From: the human T2T-CHM13v2.0 reference genome, Homo sapiens | DNA length: 64,000 bases | Assembly (NCBI RefSeq): GCF_009914755.1 | Contig: NC_060928.1 | Strand: one strand, 5' to 3' | Part shown: one piece after another, positions 40,684 to 55,780 of the stretch | Position numbering within the stretch: the first letter of the stretch is position 1 | Layout: each line of letters begins with the position of its first letter | Program-made: the position numbers and the translations under genes | Notes under the pieces: model-generated | Seen by the model: the letters and a program-made list of their open reading frames with translations, nothing else | Databases searched by the model: none | What the model was told of the DNA's origin: nothing

Positions 40684-41045
40684 TAATACGGTTTGGCTGT
40701 GTTCCCACCCAAATCTCATCTCGAATTATAGCTCTTATAATCCCCACGTAATGTGGGAGGGACCCAGTGGAAGTTAATTGAATCATGGGGGCAGGTTTTT
40801 CCCATACTGTTCTCATGATAGTGAATATGTCTAAAAAATCGGATAGTTTTATAGAGGGCAGTTACCCTGCACATGCCGTCTTGCCTGCTCGATGTAAGAC
40901 ATGACTTTGCTCCTCATTCACCTTCTGCCACGATTGTGAGGCCTCCCCAGCCATGTGGAACTGTGAGTCAATTAAACTTCTTTTATTTATAAATTACTCA
41001 GTCTCTGGCATGTCTTTATTAGCAGTGTGAGAACAAACTAATACA
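40684..41045 (+). mobile_element. THE1 MaLR LTR
   Basis: gtttggctgtgttcccacccaaatctcatc...gaggcctccccagccatgtggaactgtgagtcaattaaac...aactaataca. Confidence 0.93.
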
Positions 41046-42914
41046 CTTAATTTTCTTCATTGTGGAAATTTAACCTTGACTTAACCCCAAAGGAACCGCA
41101 CAGTCTTGTGTTCTATATGCCACATTGTATCACATGGGAATTAATGAAGATGTGAACAGATATTTTTAAGACACTTATGAGATTTATTTACTTGTTATAT
41201 AAAAATATAATCATTAAAATACAGTAGTCTTTGAGGTTTCATGTTAACTTCCAGTTTCTCTACAAGAATCTGGCGTAAACACTGGCCAGTCTTCAATATT
41301 TTCTTGTGGTATTTTCCATTCTTATCTTCCTAGTATATAATTATGTTAATCCAGTTTATTATTTTATTCATCTTTATCAAAATGTCAGGTCATTTCTTAC
41401 TGCATAACACACAACAAAGCTCTATGCTCCATCATAGAGGCTTTAATTATTACTTTACACCTAATTTTTGAGTCAGTCTCAAAATCAGCTCTAAAAATTA
41501 TAAAACATTTGTTTTTCTCCATGCTGCCTAGAATTTCCCAATAAGCAGACATTAATATTGATGAGATCTGTACAGTATAGTACTACTGTATCAATATAGT
41601 TTCCTCCAATAGATTGGTTTTTAATCATTTAAGAATTCGGTGGGTTGGGGAAAAGGGAACAGCAGGGGCATGTTAGTGATTTTTTTTTAAATACAGAAAA
41701 CTTGTAATATGACTTAGTATTCAGATAAAATTGTTGAAAATGCAGATTTGAAAAGTAAACAAAAGCCGTAAGTTTAGCCTGAAGCAGAGCTATGAGGCAC
41801 GCTAGGAAAGAAATGCCTTCTGTGGACATTTGCCTCTGGGCAAAATCTTTTGTTACAGCTGCTACAGGAGCAACTGAGTCACTAACTAGCCTCTGTGAGC
41901 AATTGCAAAATGCTAAGGTTTGACTTCTTATCCCTCTTTCTCTGTAACCTCTCTCTAGAGTTCGGTGAGAAAAATAAAGTTATAGCCTTGGGAAAGAAAA
42001 TTGTTCACATTCTACAGCTTTCAACTTCAGAAATTCTGAGCCAGCACGTACATGTTGCAGAGGTTTTGATTAGAAATTAAGAGAATAAAATCAATCATTT
42101 TGTTTCCTGTGATCCTTTGTGCTTACAGTAACATTATATTTACTTGCTATATGATAAAGTCATTGCAGCTGAGTGAACCAGAAAAGTCTAGACTCAAAAA
42201 GCCAGACCAAAATTATGATGTAAAGTCAGATGTCAAAATGAACTTTCACTTTTTTCATTGCTTCACATATTTTATTTACTGTAGTGAACATATATAATAT
42301 GAATACATAAATGTCACATCTTGTCTCTTCATTGAAAAGAATATGCTCTAGCTCCAGGCTGCTGAAAAGAAAATTAGTAAAATGGTAACATAGTTACTTC
42401 AGTTTAAACAAAGAAGCTGAGTGTTTTGATGCTGTTTTTATTATTTAATGAGGAAAAAAATCTATTTTATGCTTTGGTTACTCTGCATTGCAAATGTGAA
42501 AATTGATGTTGAGAGCCAATTGAAATGGTAAATTATAAATAAAATAATTGTGATACAACTTCAAACAAAAATTACCAAGGCAAATCAAGTAAGAGCAGCT
42601 TCATGAAGTATGTAGGGTGTTATGAAGGCACTTACAGAATTAATTGCCTCATTCTGAATTATATAACTGTGTGTAAGCGCATTGCTTACATAGCTAAGAA
42701 AGGTGATTCTCAAAACAATGGTGTAAATGTTTAAATCGTATATTCAGTCCATAAAGTAAAGCAAGTATAATACTCATGAAAAAATGTCTTCCACCTTTGA
42801 CATGAGAATGTATGTCCTTTTAGCATCTTATTTATTTTATTATTATTTTATGACAGACCTATTAAATAAGAATTAAAAATAAAGAATTACAAAACCAATC
42901 TATTTCAGCAGTAA

Positions 42915-43316
<402 letters not shown>

Positions 43317-43460
43317 TAATTACAAAAACCAATGCCCAGTGCAACTCTACGAAACAAACGAGTCTATACAAATCTATGATTTTAGAAGAGTCTATAGATC
43401 AGTTAATATGGAGATGAGCTGAGAAAGAATAAAGGAAAGAGCACAAGACTCAGAGAAGAG

Positions 43461-43634
43461 AATTAAGCTGGGCATGATGGCGTGCACCTGTAATCCCAGC
43501 TATTCAGGAGGCTGAGGCAGGAGAATCACTTGAACATGGGAAGTGGAGGTTGCAGTGAGCTGAGATCACACCACTGCGCTCCAGCCTGGGTGACAGAGTG
43601 AGACTCGGTCTCAAAAAAAAAAAAAAAAAAAAAA
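43461..43634 (+). mobile_element. Alu right arm (5'-truncated at the linker)
   Basis: aattaagctgggcatgatggcg...gagactcggtctc followed by an A tail. Confidence 0.9.
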
Positions 43635-43660
43635 GAAGAAGAAGAATAGGAAGAACAAAG

Positions 43661-44974
43661 AAAACAGATATACAGACCAGTGCAACAGAACAGACGCCTC
43701 AGAAATAACGCCACACATCTACAACCATCTGATCTTTGACAAAAACAAGCAATGGGGAAAGGATTTCCTGTTTAATAAATGGTGTTGGGAAAACTGGCTA
43801 GCCAATGCAGAAAACTGAAACTGGACCCCTTCCTTACACCTTATACAAAATGGATTAAAGTCTTAAACATAGGCCTAAAACTATAAAAACCCTAGAAGAA
43901 AACCTAGGCAATACCATTGAGGACATAGGCATGGGCAAGGACTTCATGACTAAAACACCGAAAGCAATGGCAGCAAAAGCCAAAATTGACAAATAGGATC
44001 TAATTAAACTAAAGAGCTTCTACATAGCAAAAGAAACTATCATCAGAGTGAACAGGCACCTACAGAACGGGAGAAAATTTTTGCAATCTACCCATCTGAC
44101 AAAGGGCTAATATCTAGAATCCACAAAGAACTTAAACAAATATACAAGAAAAAAAATAACATCAAAAAATGGGCAAAGGATATGAACAGACACTTCTCAA
44201 AAGAAGACATTTATGCAGCCAACAGACACATGAAACAAAAAGCTCATCGTCACTGTTCATTAGAGAAATGCAAATCAAAACCACAATGAGATACCATCTC
44301 ACGCCAGTTAGAATGGCGATCATTAAAAAGTCAGGAAACAACAGATGCTGGAGAGGATGTCGAGAAATAGGAGCACTTTTACACTGTTGGTGGGAGTGTA
44401 AATTAGTTCAACCATTGTGGAAGACTGTGGTGATTCCTCAGGGATCTAGAACCAGAAATACCATTTGACCCAGCAATCCCATTACCCAAAGGATTATAAG
44501 TCATTCTACTATAAAGACACATGCCCAGCACTATTCGCAAGAGCAAAGACTTGGAACCAACCTAAATGCCCATCAATGATAGACTGGATAAAGAAAATGT
44601 GGCACATATACACTATGGAATACTATGCAGCCATAAAAGAGGATAAGTTCATGTCCTTTGCAGGGACATGGATGAAGCTGGAAAACATCATTCCCAGCAA
44701 ACTAACACAGGAACAGAAAACCAAACACTTCATTTTCTCACTCATAAGTGCGAGTTGAACAATGAGAACACATGGACACAGAAAAGGGAGCAACACACAC
44801 TGGGGCCTGTCAGTGGGTGGTGGGCTAGGGCGCTAGGGGAGGGATAGCATTAGGAGAAATATCTAATGCAGATGATGGGTTGATGGGTGCAGCAAACCAC
44901 CATGGCACATGTATACCTATGTAAAAAACCTGCACATTCTGCACATATATCCCAGAACTTAAAGTGAAAAAAAA
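43661..44974 (+). mobile_element. L1PA7/8-like 5'-truncated insertion
   Basis: Frameshifted ORF2 C-terminus ([19 protein letters not shown]). 3'UTR gatgggttgatgggtgcagcaaaccaccatggcac. Confidence 0.95.
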
Positions 44975-45192
44975 GGAAAAGAAAGAAGGGAAGGGAAGGG
45001 AAGGGAAAGGAAGGGAAGGGAAGGGAAGGGAAAGGAAGGGAAGGGAAAGGAAGGGAAGGGAAGGGAAAGGAAGGGAAGGGAAAGGAAGGGAAGGGAAAGG
45101 AAGGGAAGGGAAGGGAAAGGAAGGGAAGGGAAAGGAAGGGAAGGGAAGGGAAAGGAAGGGAAGGGAAGGGAGGAAGGGAGGAAGGGAGGAAG
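44975..45192. repeat. Polypurine (AAGGG/AAAGG)n pentanucleotide repeat in the L1 tail
   Basis: 44986-45170 holds 37 contiguous pentamers (28 AAGGG and 9 AAAGG by manual count). Confidence 0.97.
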
Positions 45193-45555
45193 CACTGAAT
45201 AACCATAAAAGGAAATTTTGTTTATGCTGTGCCCTATGCTTTGAATACATAATATCTAACCTCCCTACATCACTGCAGTGTGGGTTCTATTAAGCAATTA
45301 TATAGCTAGGGTAGGCTGTCCTCAATAAAATTTAAAAACCGGCCTTCAGTTTCTGTATCACTTGGCATTTGAAGGCAAGTCTTTGACTTAAGCCTGTGTG
45401 CATTTCTTGCTGCTGGGCTGTTGTTACTCAAGTTTAAGAGAAGGCTCCTCCAGCTAGTAGATGAAAACAGAATTCTCTCATACAGAAAGAACCTGATCTG
45501 GGAGTAATTTGACAACAAACTCTGATACATACTGTGTACCAAGATACTGAAAGAA

Positions 45556-45852
45556 GCCAGGTGCGGTGGCTCACGCCTCTAATCCCAGCACTTTGGGAGG
45601 CCAAGATGGGTGGATTACCTGAGGTCAGGAGTTCGTGACCAGCCTGGCCAACAAGGTGAAACCCCATCTCTACTGAAAAAAAAAAAAAAAATTTAGCCCG
45701 CGTGATGGCTCATGCCTGTAATCCTCCCAACTACTCAGAAGGCTGAGGCAGAAGAATCACTTGAACCCAGGAGGCACAGGTTGCAGTAAGCCGAGATCGC
45801 ACCACTGTACTCCACCCTGGGTGACAAGAGCGAGACTCTGTCTCAAAAAAAA
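45556..45852 (+). mobile_element. AluSx-like with expanded middle A-tract
   Basis: Perfect 16-bp TSD aagatactgaaagaag (45541-45556 / 45853-45868). Confidence 0.95.
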
Positions 45853-46881
45853 AAGATACTGAAAGAAGTTTCAGATAAAGCCATGAGATGGTTTGCATTT
45901 CTGTTGGATGAATCATGAGAAAAAGAAAAGATGTAGCTTGTTTTCAAAAAGAAGACTATATCACATTCTGCAAATCATAAACGGATGTGATTATACGATC
46001 CTGGACAAGGTTCTTGAATTAGATATTTAAAATTTATGTGCTTAGAAAATAAACCCATTAACAGTAATATTAATGGGTTCAGTTAGTATATGCCATTATG
46101 ACTAATCTAATTGTCTTTTCTTACATGGATTTAGCAAGGCATTTGTCTAAGGTTTTCATGTAGCCTAATGGATAGGAAAAGAAATGTAGGTTACACACAG
46201 AAATTTAGAGAGACATTTGTTCATTATATTTTAATCAATAATATGAACAAAGATATTGAATACATTTTACAAAATTTATAAATAATAGAAAATGGTCATA
46301 AGTAATTAGAATCTAGATAAATTTTAATGTAACAGAGTGATCAGCTTAGTTACATGACTTCAGAGTGGGCAAATATAAACTCTTGCATTTGCTTCCAAAA
46401 GATGGAAGAAAGTGGTAATTTGATTTAGCAACAATGTCTGGGAAGTGGGGACACATGGATCTGAATAAAAGTTAAGCTCAGTATCAATCTCAATTGATAA
46501 TATACTGGTACTATGTGCTAACCTATCTGACCTACCTTAACCAAATGGTAGTTGTTAAATTTTAATGTTAATTAAAATTACTTGCCATGTTTGTTAGATT
46601 GCAGAATTTCAGAATTATTGATTTGGGTCCAAAATAACCAAAACTTTTCTCATTGCAGAGCTATCAAAAGATGAAAGAAATTGCCTCTGGAGACTTTGTA
46701 TTCTCAATTATTTTAGCTTTCAAAAATGCAAACTCTTGTGAGAATAGATCCAAATAAACAATCTGCAAATAGCAAAGGATATATATATATATATCCATAT
46801 TTTTTAAAGCACTTTAGAAGTAACCACTTATATATAATTGATGTACTATTTATAGATAATTAATGCAGCTTAATATAACCT

Positions 46882-48594
<1,713 letters not shown>

Positions 48595-48950
48595 TTGACA
48601 TATTTGTTAAAAGCATGGTATAGGGAAATTTACTGGGTGTGAATCACAGCTCTGATTTGGACTGTGAACAAATTATACTCTTCATGTCTCATTTGGCTCA
48701 TCTGTAAAGTGGATATAATAATAGTGTTTATTGCTTAGAATTGTGTGAAACTCAGAATAGTAGCAGACATATCATACATACTCAATTTTGTTTAGCTATT
48801 AGTACTAGTATTAATAATAAACACCACCAGTGTATTAACTTGGTAGGAGCAGTATATATACTATTCCATGAGTTAATTATGCTACTATATTCTCTCTAAA
48901 TTATTTATGAATTTAAACTTTCCACTTCTGTAAGCCAGTTTTTTCCATGA

Positions 48951-49284
<334 letters not shown>

Positions 49285-49837
49285 CTGAAAGTGATTTTCT
49301 AAAGAAGCATTAATCCCCTATCTTAATTTTGTAATTCACGACGACATAGAAATAAAAATTTCTAGTAGATGCCAACTTCTCGGAAAGTAGCCAGTGAAAA
49401 TTATATTTTTAAATAAATCTGTAAAATCTGAATTTAATTTACGTCATTAATATCAATGAATTTTTAAATGAGATTCTTATATTTTATTCAATAAAGTACA
49501 GCCAGATAACTCTTGACTCCTATTTTATAAGCAAGGGAAATAAATGACTTTTTTAAATCTGAAACAAATGTTTACTACTGTATTGACAAATAGTGTTGTG
49601 ATTGTCAGAGGACTTTCATCCAGTGCTTAGCATTTAAGAAAAAAATACTTACGCTTACTCTTCACCTAAGGTGGATAGGATAAGTAATAGGATGAGAAGT
49701 GAATAATTTATGTGTGTTTAAGTTCAACTGTCTCTTTCCAAACACACAATTAAAATTAAAGGTCAACATTTTTAGACATAAATACATATATCTTAATTTG
49801 TTAAAGTTGCACATCAAGCCAACCGTGGCTGTATTCC

Positions 49838-50018
49838 CAGTGGGGCCAGCTTCATGGGCATGCAGCCTGTGTTGGTGCACAGGATCCTGCAATTACAAAG
49901 GCCTCACTCTAGGTCGAATACTCTGTTGTCACCATCTTCAGTTTCTTCATGATTTGTCAACAAGGGTCAACATTTGCATTTTTTTTAGTGGTCTTTACAA
50001 ATCATATATCCCATCTTG
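49838..50018 (+). mobile_element. MER91A-like hAT MITE
   Basis: ggggccagcttcatgggcatgcagcctgtg...ctctgttgtcaccatctt...aacaagggtc. Confidence 0.65.
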
Positions 50019-50324
50019 GTTCAAGGAGGAACCTATCATGAGAGAGGCAAGCACAGACCATGTAACCTTTTCTGAACTAATCATGGAATTCATGTAGCAT
50101 CACTTTCACCATTTCCTATGCATTGAGGCAGTAATAAAATCCCACCCAGTGCAAGGGGAGAAGAAATAGTCTATTCTTTCAGAGTGGAAGCATTGTTGTA
50201 GATTTTGAAAAACTGTACCTGCCACACATGAAAAAAAAGTACTTAGTATATTGACATTCACTTATATGGCCTTTCTTGACATCTCAAAGCAATGCTAAGA
50301 AAAATGCATATTTCTGAGAAATAG

Positions 50325-50510
50325 TTGAGAGTACAAGTTTGGAGTCAGACTTTTGGGATTTGCATTCCAGCTGTTGCTGGGATTTTGGCATGGTACTTAA
50401 TTGCTTAGTGTTTAGGTTTCTCATCTATAAAATGAGAATAATTTTAGAAATTACTTTTTATGATTATTCATGTAAGAATTAAATGAGTTAATACATGTAA
50501 AACCATTAGC
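50325..50510 (+). mobile_element. MIR SINE
   Basis: tttggagtcagac...gtttctcatctataaaatgagaataat...attaaatgagttaatacatgtaaa. Confidence 0.7.
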
Positions 50511-50657
50511 CATCAGTTTTTTTATTATTTGGTTAGACTAATGAAATTCTTAGAAAACATAATTTTAAAATTAGACAGATATTATTTCCCACTCCCAATG
50601 GCATAAATGGCCATCTCAGATTTATGATGATTACTACATTAGAATTAAAAAAGGGAG

Positions 50658-51071
50658 CACATTAGTTTCCTAAAGCTGCCATAAAAAAATACCACAGATT
50701 CATTGGCTTAAACAATAAAAATTTATTTGTTTACAGTACTGAAGACTAAAAGTACAAGATCAAGGTGTTGGCAGTGTTGGCTCCTTCTGAGGTCTGTTAG
50801 GGAAGAATCTATTCCAGGCTACTCCTTAGCTTGTAAATGGCCATCTTCTCCCTGTGTCCTCACATTATCTTCCCTCTGTATACATTTGTGTCCGGGTCTC
50901 CTCTTCTTATAAGGACACCAGCCATATCATATGAAGGTCCACCCTCATGACCTAATTTTGGCTTAAATGCCTCTTTAAAGACCCTATCTTCAAATCAGGT
51001 CACATTCTGAGGAACTGAGGATTTAGAACTTCAAGTTGAATTTTTGAGGGAGTACAATTTAGCCCACAACA
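50658..51071 (-). mobile_element. MLT1A/B-like LTR
   Basis: attagtttcct...aataccacaga...agatcaaggtgttggcag...ttataaggacaccag...gtcacattctgagg. Confidence 0.85.
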
Positions 51072-51870
51072 GAGAGACAGCCTGTTTGATGGATATGATT
51101 TTTGAGGAACTGTATATCATCACTCAGCATTTGTTTCAAAATGTTCTTACAGGTTTGTCATTTTCTTACAAATCACTAGAATATCATAAAAGCTATATAT
51201 ATATATGATTCCTACTTTTATAAGCCTAGGTAATATTACTGGATTATTATCTTCAAAATTGTTTAAAAATATGCACCCTATTCCAGCATGGGTTTATTCT
51301 CTGATTCATCACTGTAGCCAACATGCCTACACTCCTTGAAAGACAACATCATGCGTCACTTACGTTGTTCCTGCAGGGCCTTCATATAGAACAGAAGCTC
51401 AAGCTTCTGCTGAATAGAATGTAATTGAAAGCCACTTAAAGAGATTTGAAAACTTTAATCCTCATTTATATCTGTGCTTTAATTCAGACTGAATAAATTA
51501 AATATGTTACACTTGTAGCACTTGAATTTATGCATTTCGTCAATACTTGGCACCACAGTATGCTACTTCATTCATTAATGTTTTCCTGCATCTGTATCTT
51601 CTCCCCAACTAGATAGAAAGGTCTTTTCTATAAGAACCCTTGCTGTGCAAATTCTCCATGTATCACTTTGTCATCTAACAAAGTAACCTTTCATTGTACC
51701 TGTACCATTTTAACCAGATACATAGAATGCTTTAACATTTCTTCACAATTCAACTGTTGAACAAATACATTTCTGAAAAACTAAAAAACTTGTTAAATGG
51801 AAAAGTTACCAAAGTCTCCTCAGAGGTCTAGGAAATTATTACAGTAAAGAACTCCTCTTTTCTTTCTCAG

Positions 51871-51989
51871 AAGCCCAATATCAAAACAGGGAGTAGAGGA
51901 AAAAGTGGTCCACACATTCCAGGAGAGCCATGGAACTCTCACATCCATCTGGGTAGTGACATGTGTAACAAATCCAAGGAACCATGAAA
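51871..51989 (+). other. Candidate exon (119 nt, possibly lncRNA)
   Basis: Strong acceptor ctcctcttttctttctcag and donor AAA|gtgaga, in non-repeat sequence. Confidence 0.3.
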
Positions 51990-52436
51990 GTGAGACCTTA
52001 CCAGCAGTTTGATTATTAAGATAAGTTATCACATACGAAGGGACTAGGAATGGAGATAGCCAACGTAGCTCTACTTGCCATTCAACAATAGCAAATGAGA
52101 TCATTGGAATAACTTTCATAAGTAAGCTCTTCTTCACAATCCAACTTTTGGTACACCAGGTGTCACCATACAAATACCTATAGCCAACCAATTATTATCT
52201 TCAATAGATTATCCTTTAAAACATCTCAAAGACCCAGTTATACAATCAGGACCCAATATCCTACTATAATACAAAGTAACAAGTCATGATATTTTTCTAT
52301 AACATTTCAGCTTCTTTTATATGAATACTTTCTTAAAATACAATAATTATTTCAATTATAAAAATTTGTTTTGTTCTCCTGAAATAAAATTAAAGCAATT
52401 TGCTTAATAGAAAACTCTTTCCATGATTTCAACGTA

Positions 52437-52732
52437 TTTTTTTTTTTTTTTTTTTTTTTGAGACGGAGTCTTGCTGTCGCCCAGGCTGGAGTGCAATGGC
52501 GCGATCTCAGCTCACTCCGCCCCCCGGGTTCATGCCATTCTCCTGCCTCAGCCTCCCGAGTAGCTGGGACTACAGGGGCCCGCCACCTCGCCCAGCTAAA
52601 TTTTTTTGTATTTTTAGTAGAGACGGGGTTTCACCGTGTTAGCCAGGATGGTCTCAATCTCCTGACCTCGTGATCCGCCCGCCTCGGCCTCCCAAGTACT
52701 GGGATTACAGGCGTGAGCCACGGCGCCTGGCT
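52437..52732 (-). mobile_element. AluY, Ye-lineage-like
   Basis: Sense GGCGAGGTGGCG, GAACCCGGGGGGCGGAG and a 2-bp deletion in GACAGCAAGAC. TSD tgatttcaacgtattttt / tgatttcaaaatattttt. Confidence 0.85.
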
Positions 52733-54624
52733 GATTTCAAAATATTTTTAAAGTGAAGTCCTTAACACATGGAGTTTTAAGGACACATAAAAAATTAACA
52801 TGCTGGGGAAATGTAGTTAATAAATTTATTACATTTTACGTCTTTTTTCTTGATAATATAAACCTTTTGAGATAAATTTATAACAATGTTACTGCTTTTC
52901 TTATTTTTAAATCCATGATTGCAATTGAGGCATAAAAACACTAGTATATTTTGTAAAGGATTGTCAATATTTAGCCTTATTTATTGGTGGAGTCTTACTC
53001 CTTAACTTTCCATATTTTAAAAATTAAAATTAACTTGCTTTTTGTTATGGTTTTAAGTTCTAATATTCTAAAAAGTTACTTATAAAATTTCACAACCAGT
53101 CCATGCTTGTTGTCTTGAAATTTAATATTGTTGCATTACAATTTGGGCATATTAAAATCCTCTGCATTTAGTATAAACAAGAAATAAGTCTTCTTTCTTC
53201 TATTAAAAAGCAGAGGCTCTGAATGTCTGGACAAGAAATAATTATCCTACACAAGCAAAGATACAAAATAAAATTAATTACTAGCTTTATCAAATCTTTG
53301 TAAGTGAGGAAAGCTTTTTCTTATAATAAAAAAATTTAAGAAGATAAGACAGTGGGGCAAGAATTGGATGAGGGCAGGGTAGAAAGGAAAGAGGAAGGGC
53401 AACAAAACAAACAAACAAACAAACAAAAAACTACTTTCAATTTTCCCTTCAGCAAAGTTGATTTTACTCTCTTGGTCCTTCATTTTAGAAAATGGAATTT
53501 GAAAGAGAGAACAAGAATAATCCATTAGAATTAATAGTATCCTCTATCACAAACCACTGGAATTAGTGGAAACAGGAATGGGAATTTCAAATTTAGTCAT
53601 GAGGATTTAAATGTTAAGACCTCAAATCAGGAAATGTTAAATATTAGGATATAAGAGTTTGGACTCACAGAAGGAAAACAAAAACTGTAGAATAAATTTT
53701 ATAGTACAGGACAATGTAACGGTGGGATAACCTGGATAGGATGTCATGGTGGGGTTGTAAACGCTACGAAACAATAAGATAAAAATGACTGAGGACTTGA
53801 GGATAGATTTGAAATATAGAAATGACAAATGATTCTCATAACTACTTTGCCTAGAATCCACCTATTTTGGAGCAGTGTATCTTTTCTGAAGTCTTATCAT
53901 AGGTTTTCTTTCTTTTTAATAACACTTATATTTTAATTGTGAAATATTTCTAACATACAGCACATACAGTGACCTATGGCAGACCTTTGAGGACCAACTA
54001 CATTATAAAGGTCACTGAACCAGCAGAATCCATGTGAAAGATATATGAGAAAAGAATTAACATGACTGGAAGCAGCTCCTCCATTTCCCCCAAATCCTCA
54101 CAAGGGTGCACACAAATTTCAGTGGTCAGGGTAGCCTATGTGGCAAGAACAATCAGCTAGTTCTGAAGAGCACGGAGTCTGGGGCTGGCAAACTATTTCT
54201 ACTTTTTCTCCAATCCTTCAATCTTATTTCTTCTAAGTTCCTCTACATTTGACACTGTCCTCCACAAATCATTACAGATCAATAAAGATAAAGTGGACAG
54301 CCAAATGCACTGCTCAAAATTATGCCTGCAGACAGGATTTCTCTTCCCACCAACTGCCTACATGAGGTTTTAATGCCATAGACTTCCATTTAAGTTTGGT
54401 GATATTAAAAAGAGCCAATTAGTTGCCAAGCACATTTTTTGTTCTTAATCACCTAGTCATAGGCACTCTCCATGAGGCCATAAATGAGGGTTGAGATGAC
54501 ACAGCAATAAAACAGGGGCAGGTGCATGCATAAGGAATCAGGCGATCTGCTCATGTGGCCTATTTGTGCCTTCAGCATCTGCTTGGGCCCACCTCCTCTT
54601 CTTGACATAGGGATCCATCAGTGA

Positions 54625-55780
54625 TTTATCAGCTTACCTATCTTCTAGGAGATGTAGACTGACAAAATATGAAAGATGTATTTTGTGTACAATTGTAATG
54701 AGTGTTAATGAGAAAGCAGGTATGAGAAATGAATAGTTCTTATAGGTTGTAATTTTACAATTACAGACTCACAGAGACTCACAGAGAAGGTGATATTTAA
54801 GTAAAGTGAAAGAAAAAATAAGTGAAGGAAGAAGTCATGTGGATATCTGTGGGAAGAAGGTTCCATGGCGAGAGAAAACCTGCATGAGGTAGGAACATGC
54901 CTAGAATTTTAGAAGACGCCAGTGCTCACTGGAGTATAAATGGTGAGTATAATGGTGAGTGGAAAATTAATGACTTATTAAATCATTCATAATCTGGCCG
55001 CCCCTGCCTCTGGCTCTCTATGTTTTCAGAGGGCCAGTGGCAGCCAGATTATGAAGCATTTTATAAGCCATTGTAAGGACTTTTCACTTCTCTGGGTAAA
55101 TTAGGAAGCCATTAGAGAGCTTTGGCAAAGATGTGACATCACCTGACTTACATTTAAGTAGGATTTTACAGGCTTTAGCATTCAGAATAGACTGAAGGGA
55201 ATCAGGACAGAAGCAGGTCATTAAGTGAGGCGGCTACTGCAATAATCCAGGAGAATAATAATGGTAGCTTGGACTACAGTTGCTTGGTGGGGTAGATGGT
55301 CAGCAGTGATTAGACCTTTTAGCCAAAATTATTTTTTTGGATGAGTTAGATGTGGTGTATGAGATAAAGAAAATAAACGGTTGAAGAAACTAGAAGAAAC
55401 TAAGAAGAGCAACACTGTGAGAGGACAGACTTGGGGACTGGGAAATCAGGTCCATTCCGGACATATTAATTTGCGGTAATACTTGGACAATTGTATATAA
55501 GATATATGTATATATAGGATATGAATTGGGAATTCTTAGTGCAGAGAGGATATTTAAAGCTAGAGGCTGGATGAGATAATTGAGTGAGTGACTCACCCGG
55601 AGAGGAGAGATATAATCCACAGACTGAGCCCTGTGTGGTCCGGTGTTAAGAAGTCAGAAAAATGAGGAAGAACAAGCATGAGAGATGGAGATGTGGCAGC
55701 CAGTGAAGAAGCTAGAAATGCAGGAATGTGTGCATCTCAAAAGAGGGTCAAGGAAGAAATGGTGATTGGGGAGGTATACT
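54625..55780 (-). mobile_element. L2 LINE fragments
   Basis: agagaaggtgatattta...agccattgtaaggactttt...ggaagccattagagag...tttaaagctagaggctggatgagat are typical L2 motifs. Confidence 0.75.

Noticed and set aside
38614-41045. Two THE1 LTRs 1.7 kb apart as one provirus
   Set aside because: They are in opposite orientations, and the interval holds L1 and MLT1 fragments rather than THE1 internal sequence.
44825-45293. FPSLP- and GREGK-repeat ORFs
   Set aside because: They are translations of the AAGGG microsatellite.
49699-50097. 132-aa ORF
   Set aside because: It has a GTG start and crosses a MER91-like element and other repeat-like sequence, with no domain recognised.
54638-54658. 21-nt minus-strand microexon with good splice sites
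   Set aside because: The donor (agcttac on the + strand) coincides with a common L2 motif at the edge of an L2 fragment, so it is probably repeat-derived.
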